Source of the DNA: Eledone cirrhosa
Lineage: Eukaryota
Reading direction: 5' to 3'
DNA length: 64,000 nucleotides
Assembly (NCBI GenBank): GCA_964016885.1
Contig: OZ024748.1
Location: 52,142,001-52,206,000, forward strand
Part shown: piece by piece, positions 51,118 to 63,719 of the stretch
How positions within the stretch are numbered: position 1 is the first letter of the stretch
How the letters are laid out: every line of letters starts with the position of its first letter
Program-made: the position numbers and the translations under genes
Notes under the pieces: generated by a model
What the model saw: only the letters and a program-made list of their open reading frames with translations
Databases searched by the model: none
Told to the model about the DNA's origin: nothing

Positions 51118-54100
51118 ACTAACTCTCTCCTCCTCTGGCGCATCCCAACACACCCTGCCATTACCCCACCACCACTGTTCTTCTAGCCCTCAATTTTCCC
51201 ACCGTTATGGATGGATGAGCTGGGAATACACGAGCAACTCTGAATCAATAGATGAAATATGAATCTGCGAGCTACCAAGCACCCACGTGAAGCGCCAACC
51301 CAGAGACCCTCCCCTACGAGTGTCGACAAATGCCCAAAACTCCGAGTTGGTACCATCAATGTAGGCTCAATGAAAGGAAGAGCAGGAGAAATCGTAGAAA
51401 TGCTAGAGCGAAAGGAAGTTGATGTATGCTGTGTGCAAGAGACTAGATGGAGAGGAGGGTCTGCTAGAGTCCTTGTAGGAAAAAGCCAGTGCTACAAATT
51501 TTTCTGGGTGGGAAATGACGATGGGATGGGTGGTGTAGGTATACTATTAGCTGACAAGTGGGTAGATAAAGTAATCTCAGTGTACAGGGTAAATGCAAGA
51601 ATCATTAAACTTAGACTAGTCCTGAATAAGACAATTACCACAATAATATCAGCTTACGCACCCCAATCGGGGCTGCCAGACGAACTTAAGGATAGGTTTT
51701 ACGAGTCCCTAATACACACTACTGCTCTAACAGACGACAAGGACTTCCTAATCATTGCAGGAGATTTTAACGGACACGTAGGTAAACACTGCGACGGCTT
51801 CAATAGAGTACATGGAGGCCATGGAGTTGGCACAAGGAATGAGGAAGGATTCAGACTTCTAGAATTCTGCGACGCCAATGACATGTCGATATGTAACACA
51901 AACTTTAAAAAACCCGACAACCACCTGATCACCTATAGATCAGGGGAGCACTCTAGTCAGTTAGATTTTATCCTCATCAGAGGACGTGACAGATGGATGG
52001 TCGTAAACACAAAAGCCTTCCCTAGTGAGGAATGTACATCCCAACATAGCTTAGTTGTCAGCGACCTCACGGTCAGAACTAGACGAGCCCTGAAACAGAG
52101 GCCAACCTGGAGAAGAAAGATCTGGAAGCTGAAAGTCCCCTCAACCAGTAACAGATTTAAAGATATTTTACTCAACGCCTACGACAGTAAAGAAGAACAG
52201 ATAGAGACATTTAACGTAGAAGAGAACTGGGAGTTCCTAAAAAATAACTTACTAGAGGCGACGGATGAGGTTTGTGGCTGGAGTAAGACCTCAAGCAGGA
52301 GGAGAGTGACTTGGTGGTGGAACAATAAGGTAGATGAAGCAGTCAAGGCCAAGAGACAGGCATGGAAAGAATGGAAGAACGGGGGGAGCAGGGTACATTA
52401 CATAGAGACCAAGAGGGAAGCTAGGCGACAAGTATACTTAGCTAGGAGGGAAGCAGAGGATAGAAAATTCAAGCATGTTTTACAACGTGAGGACCAGAAA
52501 CAGGAGGTATTCAAGATTGCGAGGCAGTGTGTCAGAGATAGTTGTGATGTCATTGGAGAGAAGTGTATCCGGAATGATAAAGGTGAGCTTGCCCTCACAA
52601 GTGCTGAGAAGAAAGATGCATGGAAGAGTCATTATGATAGATTACTAAATGAGGAGAATGCATGGGAAGAAGAGACCCTACCCCACGTAGACCCTATAGA
52701 GGGACCAGCAGTACAAGTCAGCGGCAGCGTAGTAAGTAAGGCAATCAGAGATATGAAGATAGGGAAGGCAACCGGTCTATCGGGTATAGCTGCCGAGATG
52801 CTGAAGGCATCTGGGTCTGTAGGTCACACTATAACCACACGTATCGTTAACCAGGTAATACTAGAGGGGGCCATACCAAAAGATTGGTGCAGTAGCATCA
52901 TTGTCAACTGCTACAAAGGTAAAGGCGATGCACTAGATAGAGGAAACTATAGAGGTATAAAGTTGATGGACCAGGTCATGAAAGTAACAGAAAGAGTTAT
53001 AGCACAGATGATTAGGGACCGGGTGAATATAGACGAGATGCAATTTGGGTTTGTACCAGGGAAAGGCACCACTGATGCCCTCTTCCTTGTGAGGCAATTA
53101 CAGGAAAAGTACCTAGCTAAAAGTAAGCCACTCTACTTGGCATTTGTCGACCTTGAGAAAGCCTTTGACAGAGTTCCACGTGCAGTAATCTGGTGGGCTC
53201 TTAGAAAACTAGGAGTAGATGAATGGCTTGTGAAAGCGGTACAAGCCATGTATAGGGGAGCAGTCAGCAAAGTTAGGATTGGCAATGAGTATAGCGAGGA
53301 ATTTAGCGTACAGGTTGGGGTCCACCAGGGCTCTGTTCTTAGCCCTCTCCTGTTCATCATAGTCCTGCAGGCAATAACGGAGGAGTTTAAGACCGGATGC
53401 CCATGGGAACTCCTGTATGCTGATGACCTCGCACTCATAGCTGAATCTATGGTAGAACTAGAGAATAAATTCCAAACCTGGAAGCAGGGACTAGAGAGAA
53501 AGGGCCTCAAAGTCAACATGACAAAGACTAAGGTCCTTGTAAGTAGACGAGAAAACAGAACCCAGATCCCCTCAGGGAAATGGCCTTGCTCAGTATGTAG
53601 GAAAGGTGTAGGTAGAAACTCCATTCTCTGCCCCAAATGCAAACAATGGGTACACAAGAGATGTAGCGGGATCTCAGGAAGCTTAATTAAGAATGTAGGA
53701 TTCACATGCAGCAGCTGTGCTGAAACAGCAAGCAAACAGCCACAGGAAACAAGTACCACCAATCTCTGGGAGGGCCCTGTAGAAACAGTAGACAGCTTCT
53801 GCTACCTAGGTGACCGAATTAGCAACGGAGGTGGGTGCTCAGAAAGTACAATAACTAGGGTAAGAACGGGATGGAAGAAGTTTAGGGAACTACTACCACT
53901 GCTAGCTGCAAAAGGCTTCTCCCTCAGAATGAAAGGCAGACTGTATGATGCGTGTATCCGAACAGCGATGTTGCATGGTAGTGAGACCTGGGCGCTGAAG
54001 GTGGAAGACTTACGTAGATTAGAGAGAAACGAAGCCTGCATGCTCCGATGGATGTGTAACAGTAATATACGTGAACGACAAAGCATAAAGGAATTGAGAG

Positions 54101-54682
54101 AGAGACTGAGCATAAGAGGAATCAAATGCTGCGTGCAGGAGAGGCGGTTACGCTGGTATGGACATGTGATGCGTATGAAGGATGACAGCTGCATAAAAAG
54201 GTGCAGAGCACTAGAAGTTGATGGAAACCGCGGAGTGGGGAGACCCAAGATGACTTGGGATGAGGTGATAAAAGCCGACCTTACCCAACTACACCTCTCA
54301 AAGTCAATGACACACGACCGTGACTTCTGGCGTCACGCAGTAATACAGGGTACCCGACCTCCCATGGGTACATGCTGAAGCATATAAACAATATGCCCCC
54401 CCCCCCCTCCACCGCAAGGTGGCCGTGGAGGTGCCACGGCAAAAAAGCACCCAGCCCACACTGTAAAGTGGACGTGTAGGCGCCACGAAAAAGCACCCAG
54501 CACTCACTGTAAATGAGGTTGGTGTTAGGAAGGGCATCCAGCTGTAGAAATCAAGCCAGATCAGTTCCTGTATGAGCAAGGCATGGTCAGCCGACCAGAC
54601 ACTGCCCACAACAGGACAACCCGTCTAACCCATGCTAGCGTGGAAGAACGGACGTAAAACGGTGATGATGATGATGATGATG
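51118..54682 (+). mobile_element. Apparently full-length RTE-clade LINE
   Basis: About 140-nt leader, single long ORF, about 285-nt 3' UTR, (GAT)n tail; boundaries defined by the interrupted palindrome arm. Confidence 0.95.
51259..54378 (+). CDS. RTE LINE protein: APE endonuclease + reverse transcriptase with inserted PHD-type zinc finger
   Basis: 1039 aa uninterrupted; APE motifs TINV, QETRW, SAYAP, GDFNGH, QLDFIL, SQH; RT motifs NYRGI, QFGF, FVDLEKAFD, QGSVLSP, YADD (53416-53427), FCYLG; RTE-type C-terminus RLRWYGHV and GRPK.TW. Confidence 0.97.
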   Translation: MNLRATKHPREAPTQRPSPTSVDKCPKLRVGTINVGSMKGRAGEIVEMLERKEVDVCCVQETRWRGGSARVLVGKSQCYKFFWVGNDDGMGGVGILLADKWVDKVISVYRVNARIIKLRLVLNKTITTIISAYAPQSGLPDELKDRFYESLIHTTALTDDKDFLIIAGDFNGHVGKHCDGFNRVHGGHGVGTRNEEGFRLLEFCDANDMSICNTNFKKPDNHLITYRSGEHSSQLDFILIRGRDRWMVVNTKAFPSEECTSQHSLVVSDLTVRTRRALKQRPTWRRKIWKLKVPSTSNRFKDILLNAYDSKEEQIETFNVEENWEFLKNNLLEATDEVCGWSKTSSRRRVTWWWNNKVDEAVKAKRQAWKEWKNGGSRVHYIETKREARRQVYLARREAEDRKFKHVLQREDQKQEVFKIARQCVRDSCDVIGEKCIRNDKGELALTSAEKKDAWKSHYDRLLNEENAWEEETLPHVDPIEGPAVQVSGSVVSKAIRDMKIGKATGLSGIAAEMLKASGSVGHTITTRIVNQVILEGAIPKDWCSSIIVNCYKGKGDALDRGNYRGIKLMDQVMKVTERVIAQMIRDRVNIDEMQFGFVPGKGTTDALFLVRQLQEKYLAKSKPLYLAFVDLEKAFDRVPRAVIWWALRKLGVDEWLVKAVQAMYRGAVSKVRIGNEYSEEFSVQVGVHQGSVLSPLLFIIVLQAITEEFKTGCPWELLYADDLALIAESMVELENKFQTWKQGLERKGLKVNMTKTKVLVSRRENRTQIPSGKWPCSVCRKGVGRNSILCPKCKQWVHKRCSGISGSLIKNVGFTCSSCAETASKQPQETSTTNLWEGPVETVDSFCYLGDRISNGGGCSESTITRVRTGWKKFRELLPLLAAKGFSLRMKGRLYDACIRTAMLHGSETWALKVEDLRRLERNEACMLRWMCNSNIRERQSIKELRERLSIRGIKCCVQERRLRWYGHVMRMKDDSCIKRCRALEVDGNRGVGRPKMTWDEVIKADLTQLHLSKSMTHDRDFWRHAVIQGTRPPMGTC

Positions 54683-54793
54683 ACATATTTCAGAGGTACT
54701 GAGCTAACTTCAACAGTACGTCCTCATCAGATAAAATACTACCATGACTGGATCTTAACCATCTACTATGTCATGGTATGTCACGCATCATCT

Positions 54794-54860
54794 TATTTTA
54801 TCTGATGAGGACGTACTGTTGAAGTTAGCTCAGTACCTCTGAAATATGTATAATAAAATA
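54794..54860 (+). ncRNA. Type I hammerhead motif in the right arm of the palindrome hit by the LINE
   Basis: tattttat-CTGATGA-gga-c-gtactg..cagtac-c-tct-GAAAT-atgt-ATA-ataaaata: 8-bp stem I and intact core. Confidence 0.8.
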
Positions 54861-54902
54861 TACTTGATCACAATGAAGTTCTATTTTTGTTAATATTTTG
54901 AA

Positions 54903-54998
<96 letters not shown>

Positions 54999-55969
54999 AG
55001 GAAAATATTCGACTGCAAGCTCCTGCACTTTGCACTTTCTGCTCATGATTTCGCAGAGATGAACATCTTCAGGAAGAGGAGGAGGAAAGTAAGAGATACG
55101 CTATCTTTAACTCCATTGTACCTTAAGAAAAAAATTGCTTTGAAAAAGAATTTGGTTTGTTGAAAACAAAAATGTTTTCTATGAAAATATTCCAAGCAGA
55201 AGATTAAGATGACAAGAAAATATGGCTGGTATTCAATGTTGTGCTTTGTTGAAGGTTCAAGTAAATTATTTAAATTCCTCTGGATGGGAAGCAGAGATTG
55301 GTGTCTCCATTTCCATAGAAATATGAAGTAGAAGTGGATTAGAAGTTTCTCAAAGGTGGGATGAAGATGTAATGACATGTTAGATTGAGGTAGGTGATGT
55401 AGAAAATTAGTGGAGGTTAAACTGATGACTGGAATAGACACAAAACCTAAGGTTGTGGCTGTTGTAAAGCCCTAGCTCAGGCCCCAACCGAGCAGAACTA
55501 TTACCAAAATCATTCATGTTATATGTCCTTCCCTTTTGAAAATGGTGTTGAGTCTTTTGAAGGAATTTTGGCTGTTATTTCTAGTAGGATGAAGAACCTG
55601 CTACATACTCACTTACTGCCTTATTAAACATAAGATAATACGGATATCTATATATGGTACTTTACTTTTTCACAGAAAAGGAAATAGTAACCCAAGTAAA
55701 CATGAAAGAACAGCCAAACTCCAACTGTCATGGCCTCCATCTCTCTCGCCCTCCCCATTTCTCCATATGGTGAGAAAATGGGGTCCCATGTGCTAGCCTG
55801 CCCACAGCCCCGGAGGACAGAATGGAGAAGGTGTTTCCCTAGAGGATGGTAAGGGAGATGCGCTGGATATCTTGTAGTTCAACCCAAGATCAAATCTGAT
55901 AGAGCAGATTTATGCTTTAAATATTCCAACCTCAATCATTTATAGATTGTATCATTGAGTGTATCAAAT

Positions 55970-56402
55970 TGTGGTGAATGGGCAGTGATCAGTAGAGCAT
56001 CAGAAAACATGCATTGTGGCATGTAGATACATCCCTTTGTGTCTGAGTTCACATCCTCCCAAGGTTAGCTTTGCCTTTCATCCTTACACGGTTGATAACA
56101 TAAAGTACCAGTAATGCACTGGGGTCAATTTAATTGACTTACCCCTCCCCAAAATTGTTGACCTTGTGCCTAAATCAGAAACCATTATCTTAATGGTGGT
56201 AGATTAGCCGTATCAGTAGAGCATCAGATAACATGCTTTGTGGCATATAGTTACATCCCTTTGTGTCTGAGTTCAAATCATGACAAGGTTAGCTTTGCCT
56301 TTCATCCTTACAAGGTCGATCGACAAAATAAAGTACCAGTAATGTGCTGGGGTCAATTTATTCACCACAAATTTTTGGTCTTGTGCCTAAATCAGAAATC
56401 AT
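55970..56402 (+). mobile_element. Two tandem Nin/Deu-type SINEs
   Basis: Two copies of gagttca..aaggttagctttgcctttcatcctta..aaagtaccagtaatg..ttgtgcctaaatcagaaa. Confidence 0.82.
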
Positions 56403-58139
56403 TATTTAATGTCTCTTTTCCATTCCCATGATGGTAAAGTATAATTGTAGGAAGATTTGGGCTGCTATTTCTACCACGTTGTGCAACCATGTGGTGACTC
56501 CTTTGTTTGGTTGTTCATGGACATGTAGTGGGAATGTATGGTGTGAACTAAGTGTAAAAACATTGTGAATTGTTATTTATGTTAGTATAAGTAGAGGCAG
56601 ACAAAAGTGAAGCATGTGACACATGATAAGAGGGGGTGAAGAAGTACATAGCTGTATGGGATGGTAGTAGCTAGCAGCGTTAAATGTTGAGGTATTACAT
56701 ACATGTGGTAAGATTGGATAATGAGAACTGGGTGAAGGGGTGCGGTAGGTGAGATGATAGTTTTAGATGAGAAGTCATGTCGTTTTACATGATAAGAGGA
56801 ATTAATCTTGCCAAGATATCAATATTTCTCCGCAGAACAAAGTACTTAACTCTCCAACATCTGCCAATAACCATGTGGTTGCTTATTATATACTCGAGCA
56901 GAGAGAATCAATACTGAGATGTCTTGATCAATAAAATATGCTTTTAAATAATTAGTGGGTGGTACGAATTTGATATTTAGTAGTGAGAATACAATTGAAG
57001 AAATAATTGTTATCACTGACACCTTTCTTCAACTAAAGAGGAATTCATATTATCTCAAGATGCTGCCTGACATACAAATGGTGTGAAAAGTCCCAATCTA
57101 TTCATTCACAAGCAGGAATATGAAGGCCACTTCCAGGCTCATTCAGTGGTTCTACTACAAACAGATCAGATCAGACAGATTATGCTGAAATGCAAGATAT
57201 CATAAAGGATAAATTCCACATTATAGATACTCATTAATTTTACACACCAGGCCAGTGACTGCTGTTCAAAGGTCTTACTATAAATTTATATTCTCAACAA
57301 AGCAAGCATTTTATACTATGTACTTGCTTAATACAAACTCTATTACCCCCATCCAAGGCGGTGAACTGACACAGACATTAGAACATTGGATAAAATGCTT
57401 TGCAGTATTTGTTTCAGCTCTCTAAGTTCAAATCCTGCCTAGGTCAACTTTGCTTTTCATCCATTCAATGCTATTAAAAAAGTATCATTCTAGTACTGGA
57501 GTCGATTCTTCCTCCATATCTCTTTCTCACATCCAATAAATCAAAGTAACAGTCAAGTAATGGAATCGATATAATTGTCTTTCCCTTCCCTTAAAATTGC
57601 CAAAATTAGAAATCCTTATGTTTGGAACATAACCCTTCCATGAATGCATTTCTAGTGAAATATACTCTATTTTAATTAATTAATTAAGAATTTTGAGGGA
57701 TTTACTAAAATTATTAATTATTTCATTACTAAGACAGTAAAGGAATGTAAGGTTCTTAAATAAAATTATGTTGGAAGATTTTACTTTAAATTGGAAACCT
57801 TAAAAATGGGTGGTTTTATTTCATAGAACCAGAGTTGGTTTTGGCAGGGTTGGTAACTAAAGGGTTAAAGGTTCTTATATAAATTATGTTGGAAAGATTT
57901 TAGATAAGTATAAATATAAAAAAAAAAACAGCCTTGTGTCATAAACTTAAGGCCAGTTTTAGGCAGTTTGGTATTAAAAGGTTAAAAATAAAAAGAACAT
58001 TTTTGCTAATGTGTTCTCAATATCACCTTTGACAATATTGTTCTCGATTCTACCACTTTACAAAAGGGGGTGCAGTAAACATGAGTTGATATTTAACTAT
58101 TATTCTTACTAAAGTCCCTCTTGAGCTTGGAAACTCATT

Positions 58140-58560
58140 AGGCCAGTGTTTATCCCAGCTTCAATAATATGAAGTGACTGAGAGTACAAGACTCCCCCTA
58201 GACAGGATGCCAGTCTATCTCAGTGTTTAACTCCCCAGTTACTGCTGGTATCTCAGTTTCCATAGCATGAACTGACTGAGAGTACAAGATCCCCATCCCC
58301 CAGACAGGATGCCAGTCCATCTCAGGGGTTAACTCCCCAGCTACTGTTGGCATCCCAGCTTCAATAATATAAAGTGACTGAGAGTACAAGACTCCCCCAG
58401 ACAGGATGCCAGTCCATCTCAGGGTTTAACTCCCCAGCTACTCTTGGTACTCATTTTCAGCTAAGCATACTGGAACAATGTGAAATGAAGTGTTTTGCTC
58501 AAGACCACAACACACAAAACCCAGCCCAAGAATGAAACCCATGACATTACATGCACCTTC
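58140..58560 (-). mobile_element. Older CORE-type SINE whose about 98-bp tail segment is triplicated
   Basis: Three tandem units gtgactgagagtacaaga..cagacaggatgccagtc.atctcag..taactccccag.tact followed by reverse CORE (aatgtgaaatgaagtgttttgctcaag); single-unit relative at about 18355-18540. Confidence 0.72.
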
Positions 58561-60490
58561 ACATCCATACTCACTAGAGTATTCTAATTCAAGCATTCAT
58601 AGTAAGGTTTCTCTCTAATTTGATTTACACATCAGAAGCCAAAGATGAGTACCGAGGCCTTCAGATATTGACTGACACAGCATGGTGCCAGTTATGGAAA
58701 GCAAGCTATTGTATCAGTCAGTCGAACAGATTACTTCATTTGTTGCTAATCTTCATTGAGTTCCAGCAGAGTATAGTTCTTCTTATCAATTAAAGTTGTT
58801 TACATCAAAATCCTGTTAATAATTATCTTATTAGTTGCACAAGAACATAAAGAAGGTCAAACAAAGCAGAAACTAGACTGCACACATGTGTCTATGAGTG
58901 CACTTCTGTTTTTATGTATACACTGCATGTTTTTATGTGGACATATATATCTTTATGTTTCCATGTGCTTGTGTGTCTATTTATGTTAGTATGAGTACAT
59001 GTGTGATGGAAGGTTCTAGAAAACAGAGTGATTGAGTGACTAAATAAAGGGTTTACTTATCCCAAAACCTAATTTTCAAAGCTCAAATACTACACTTACC
59101 TTAGTCTGCATAGTAAAAGAGGAACCAAAATTTACCAGAGTTTAACCCTTTTCATACTGATCTACAGGAAACTGAACCTGGTTCTATGATCCACAACTGC
59201 CCATTTTAACCCTTTACCATTTACATTACTCTATATATATACTATTGTATTTTCATGGTAAAGGCTTTATCTTACATAATCATATCACATAATATCAAAT
59301 CTACGAGATTTGGATGTTATTTATTTTGAGAACAATACCTTAACATCAGCATGATTGGTCAATTACAACCAGTTTGAACAGAAAGAAGTGAAAGAATTCT
59401 GGCTGAGTAGATCCGGTTTAAATGCTAAACTGTTCATATTTATATTAAGAAGCAGCAAATTGGCAGAGTCATTACAATGTCAGATAGAGAGCTTTGCAGT
59501 ATTCATTACAACACTCAGATCTCTGAATTCAAATCCTACAAGAGGTCAACTCTGCTTTTCATCCATTTGAGGTTGAGAAAAAAACTACCATTAAAGTATT
59601 GGGATCGATACTTCCTCTATATCTCTATCTCACTTCCTCTCTCTCTCAGTTTCTACCCTTCTCTGGAAGGAATCTATTGTGTTCAGACCTGTAGAGTGAT
59701 GAGTCTACCAGACTTGAAATTTTTTAAGAAACGTGGTATGTCACTAAGGGAACCTTACCACTCTATCAGGATATACAGGACTACCGGACTATACTATATT
59801 TATATTAGAACATTTCACCATAATTTTATGGAAGAATATTTTGTTAATTAAGGCTCCAAGCATCATTTTAAGATTTGAAAACATTAGTTATTTTACGAAT
59901 AACTTCCAAATGTTTTAGTAATTTATAATTTAATTAAAATATGGATTTCATTAGAAATATGGTAACAAAAGGGTTAATAAATTTTAGAAAATAAGGAAAT
60001 TAAACAAATAATCTTTTATTAGAAATTTAGATAGACTTATAAATTTGCACAACAACATTAGATAAATATAAATTATCAAAAATTGAAGAAAAATTAGAAT
60101 ATATATGTATAGTAATTTATATATTTGTGTTTAGAGCATCTGTGAAGGATTTTGGTCTCGATAATAATCCATACAAGGGTGGTAAATGGGTAGAATCGTT
60201 AGATTCTTCCTATATATCTCTTCTGTACTTCCTCTGTCTAATTTTCTAGTCTTCTCTGGAAATCTGCTCTGTTCAGATCTGGAGCAGGAAGGGCTCTGCC
60301 AGTCTTAAAAGGCCCAAGAAATGTATGACACTATGACACTCCTATGAATCCAAAGGTGTTACTGGACCAAACCATACCATATCATGTTGGCATTTGAGAG
60401 AGAGAGTGATGGGAGAGAGAGAGAGAGAGAGAGAGAGGGGGAGTGATGGGAGAGGTAGCGAGAGAGAGAGAGTGAGAGAATGAGTTAGAG

Positions 60491-60525
<35 letters not shown>

Positions 60526-61246
60526 GAGTGATGGGAGAGGTAGCGAGAGAGAGAGAGAAAGGGAGTGATGGGAGAGGTAGAGAGAGAGAGAGAGTGTGAG
60601 AGAATGAGTGAGAGAATGAGTGAGAGAATGAGAGAGAGAGAGAGAGAAAGGGAGTGATGGGAGAGGTAGAGAGAAAGAGAAAAGTAGAGAGAGCGATCCG
60701 GCTGCTATTTTTAAGCAGATTGACTAGCCACATTAAAAAGTACAAAATGTAAATTATGATGAAAGTGTCTATCTGAAACATCAAGACATTAATGGCACCG
60801 AGGAAGAAAAGCACAGTTCAGGAATTGAAACTGGAGCCCCTGGTTTGATCACTAAAACTGAAGCTGTTTATATATGTTGTCTATACCTATCTATATTACC
60901 TGTCTACCTCTGTGGTATACACATGCAAACAGACACACACATACACACACATATATATACACACATACAAACAAACACACAAACACACACACAAAAACAT
61001 ACACACAAGCATACCCACACACAAACATACACAAACACAGTCACATATACACACACACACACATATATATATATTTACACACACACACACAAACATATAC
61101 ATGCACACACACACACACACAAACACAGCAATGTTATATTTTACATATTTATTTATATTTAATATATTAAAGAAACTTTAAAAAACAACTTTACAGATTT
61201 CTCAGTGATGTTATTACACTTTGTTTTATATATTTGTATGGATGTT

Positions 61247-61288
<42 letters not shown>

Positions 61289-61293
61289 TATAT

Positions 61294-61333
<40 letters not shown>

Positions 61334-61399
61334 CTATATATATATATATATATATACATATAGAACTCATTATATATAAATATATATACAAATATATAC

Positions 61400-61446
<47 letters not shown>

Positions 61447-61548
61447 AATATATATATATATATACACACATCTCTCTCTCTCTCTATATATATATATACA
61501 CACACATCTCTCTCTCTCTCTATATATACATAGACATATAGAACTCAT

Positions 61549-61582
<34 letters not shown>

Positions 61583-61961
61583 GAACACATACACATGCCT
61601 ATATATACATATATACAAAGGCATACTCATATCTATCTATAGATATATATATATATATATATATATTTGCAAATTATGTAACATCACAGTTATTTTGCTC
61701 TATCATCAGCTCTATATATCTATCTAACATTACGCCTCTATATTTGTGTTGTTAGCTATTATTATTTCATATGTTTCACTGTGTAGAGAAGAACACCGCA
61801 CTAAACTACCTCAATATCTCCTCTATACAACTAATTAATTCTGTCTGTTCACTCCCCAAAGCTATATGATTAAACAGCTATTATTTTGAGAGGGGTAAAT
61901 AATTTTTTCTCCCCTTTTTCTATATCTACACAACATGTCATAATATATATGTATGGAAACA

Positions 61962-62003
<42 letters not shown>

Positions 62004-62067
62004 TATATAAATATTATATATATATATTATATATATATAATATATATATATTATATATATATAATAT

Positions 62068-62101
<34 letters not shown>

Positions 62102-62110
62102 ATATATATA

Positions 62111-62168
<58 letters not shown>

Positions 62169-62718
62169 TATACATATATATATATATATACATATATATA
62201 TATGTCTTATATATATATATTTCTAATATATATATATATATATATAATGGTAATAAAGACAACAATGACGACAATGACAAAGACTATGAAAATGATGATG
62301 ATGATGATAATAATAAATGTAAATACTAGATAATGTACAGATAGATTGTTATGTAGATAAACAGATAGCATTTAATTATTATTTAACCATGTTTTAAATT
62401 GCTTTATCCACAAACTACTCGTCAAAGCTTAGAAAATTAGGATCTTTCCGCAATATGCAAACAATATTTTACAAAAATATATTATATATTGTAATTAATT
62501 TTCATGTTATTTTTCATTTACTTTTATATTTGTTCACATACCTGTACTTTATATATAGTAAATACATCATATAGATATATATACATACATACATATATGC
62601 ATACATACATATATATATATATATATAATAACATACATGTATATAAATATATAGATACATATATAAATATATATATATAATAACATACATATATATAAAT
62701 ATATAGATACATATATAC

Positions 62719-62765
<47 letters not shown>

Positions 62766-63719
62766 TATGTGAGAGTGTGTGTGTATTCATGTACGTCCAT
62801 GAACAACTTGTGTATTGACATATGCATGTGTGTGTGTGTTTATATATATATATATATATATATATACTCACACACCTACAGATAGATATATATATATACA
62901 GGCATAGAGTATTATAAATGGATAAAATATATAGATATATTCTATAAACATATAACATATAAATAGGTACACACACACATACACACACAAATTGAATTGG
63001 GTTTCAGGAATGTAATTCAATTTCATTTGTAAATATCCAAATTTATTATAAGTTTTAAATGTATATTTTCATTTTTGTTATTATTTCGACACATTTTTTG
63101 GCAGTGGCATTTTGAGACTGTATTTGAACTCTTCCTACCTTCATTCTATACATTTTTGTGTGATTAGAATTACTCTTGAAGTAAGCACTAGGCCAATTTA
63201 TGTACTGGTCATTGTATAGTCAAACCCCAGTAAATTACTGGTGTCAGCATGGACAATTAAGTTGTTAGGATAAAGATCAACCTAATATGTAATTTTCTCC
63301 TTTGATATTTCAACTCTCGTCTGTGAAATGGTTTGGTATATCTAACTGTAAATAAGTTATTGACAGGTTCCTTCATAATTCTACATAAGAAAGCCATTTT
63401 TTCAGTTTCTTACCAGCTTTTTAATGAATGAGATGGTTATTTTTCTAAATCCATACAATTTGTTCATTATTTTCAAAATTATTTAGAAATCCTAAGCTGT
63501 GTCTTTCGTTAGAAATATAGTAATGAAAGGGATAATGGCTTAGTCAGAAGAGAAAGGGCAGCCATTATGACTATTTTCAGAGCCTCAGATTCTGAGATGA
63601 GGAAGAAGACCTCGTTTGGAGACCTCATTTGAATGCTTGCAACATATTTGATTCTGGTAAAAGCACTAATGGATCAGATGGTGGTGTTAACAGGGCAAAG
63701 AATTAGGTCTACCATTCAA

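Noticed and set aside
51118-51258. HDV-like ribozyme in the RTE leader, as known for some RTEs
   Set aside because: Could not fold the nested double pseudoknot by eye; the leader may also be 5'-truncated.
56500-56750. Very old RTE remnant (LRYYIHVVRLDNENWVKGC)
   Set aside because: Only one short motif recognisable; too decayed to delimit.
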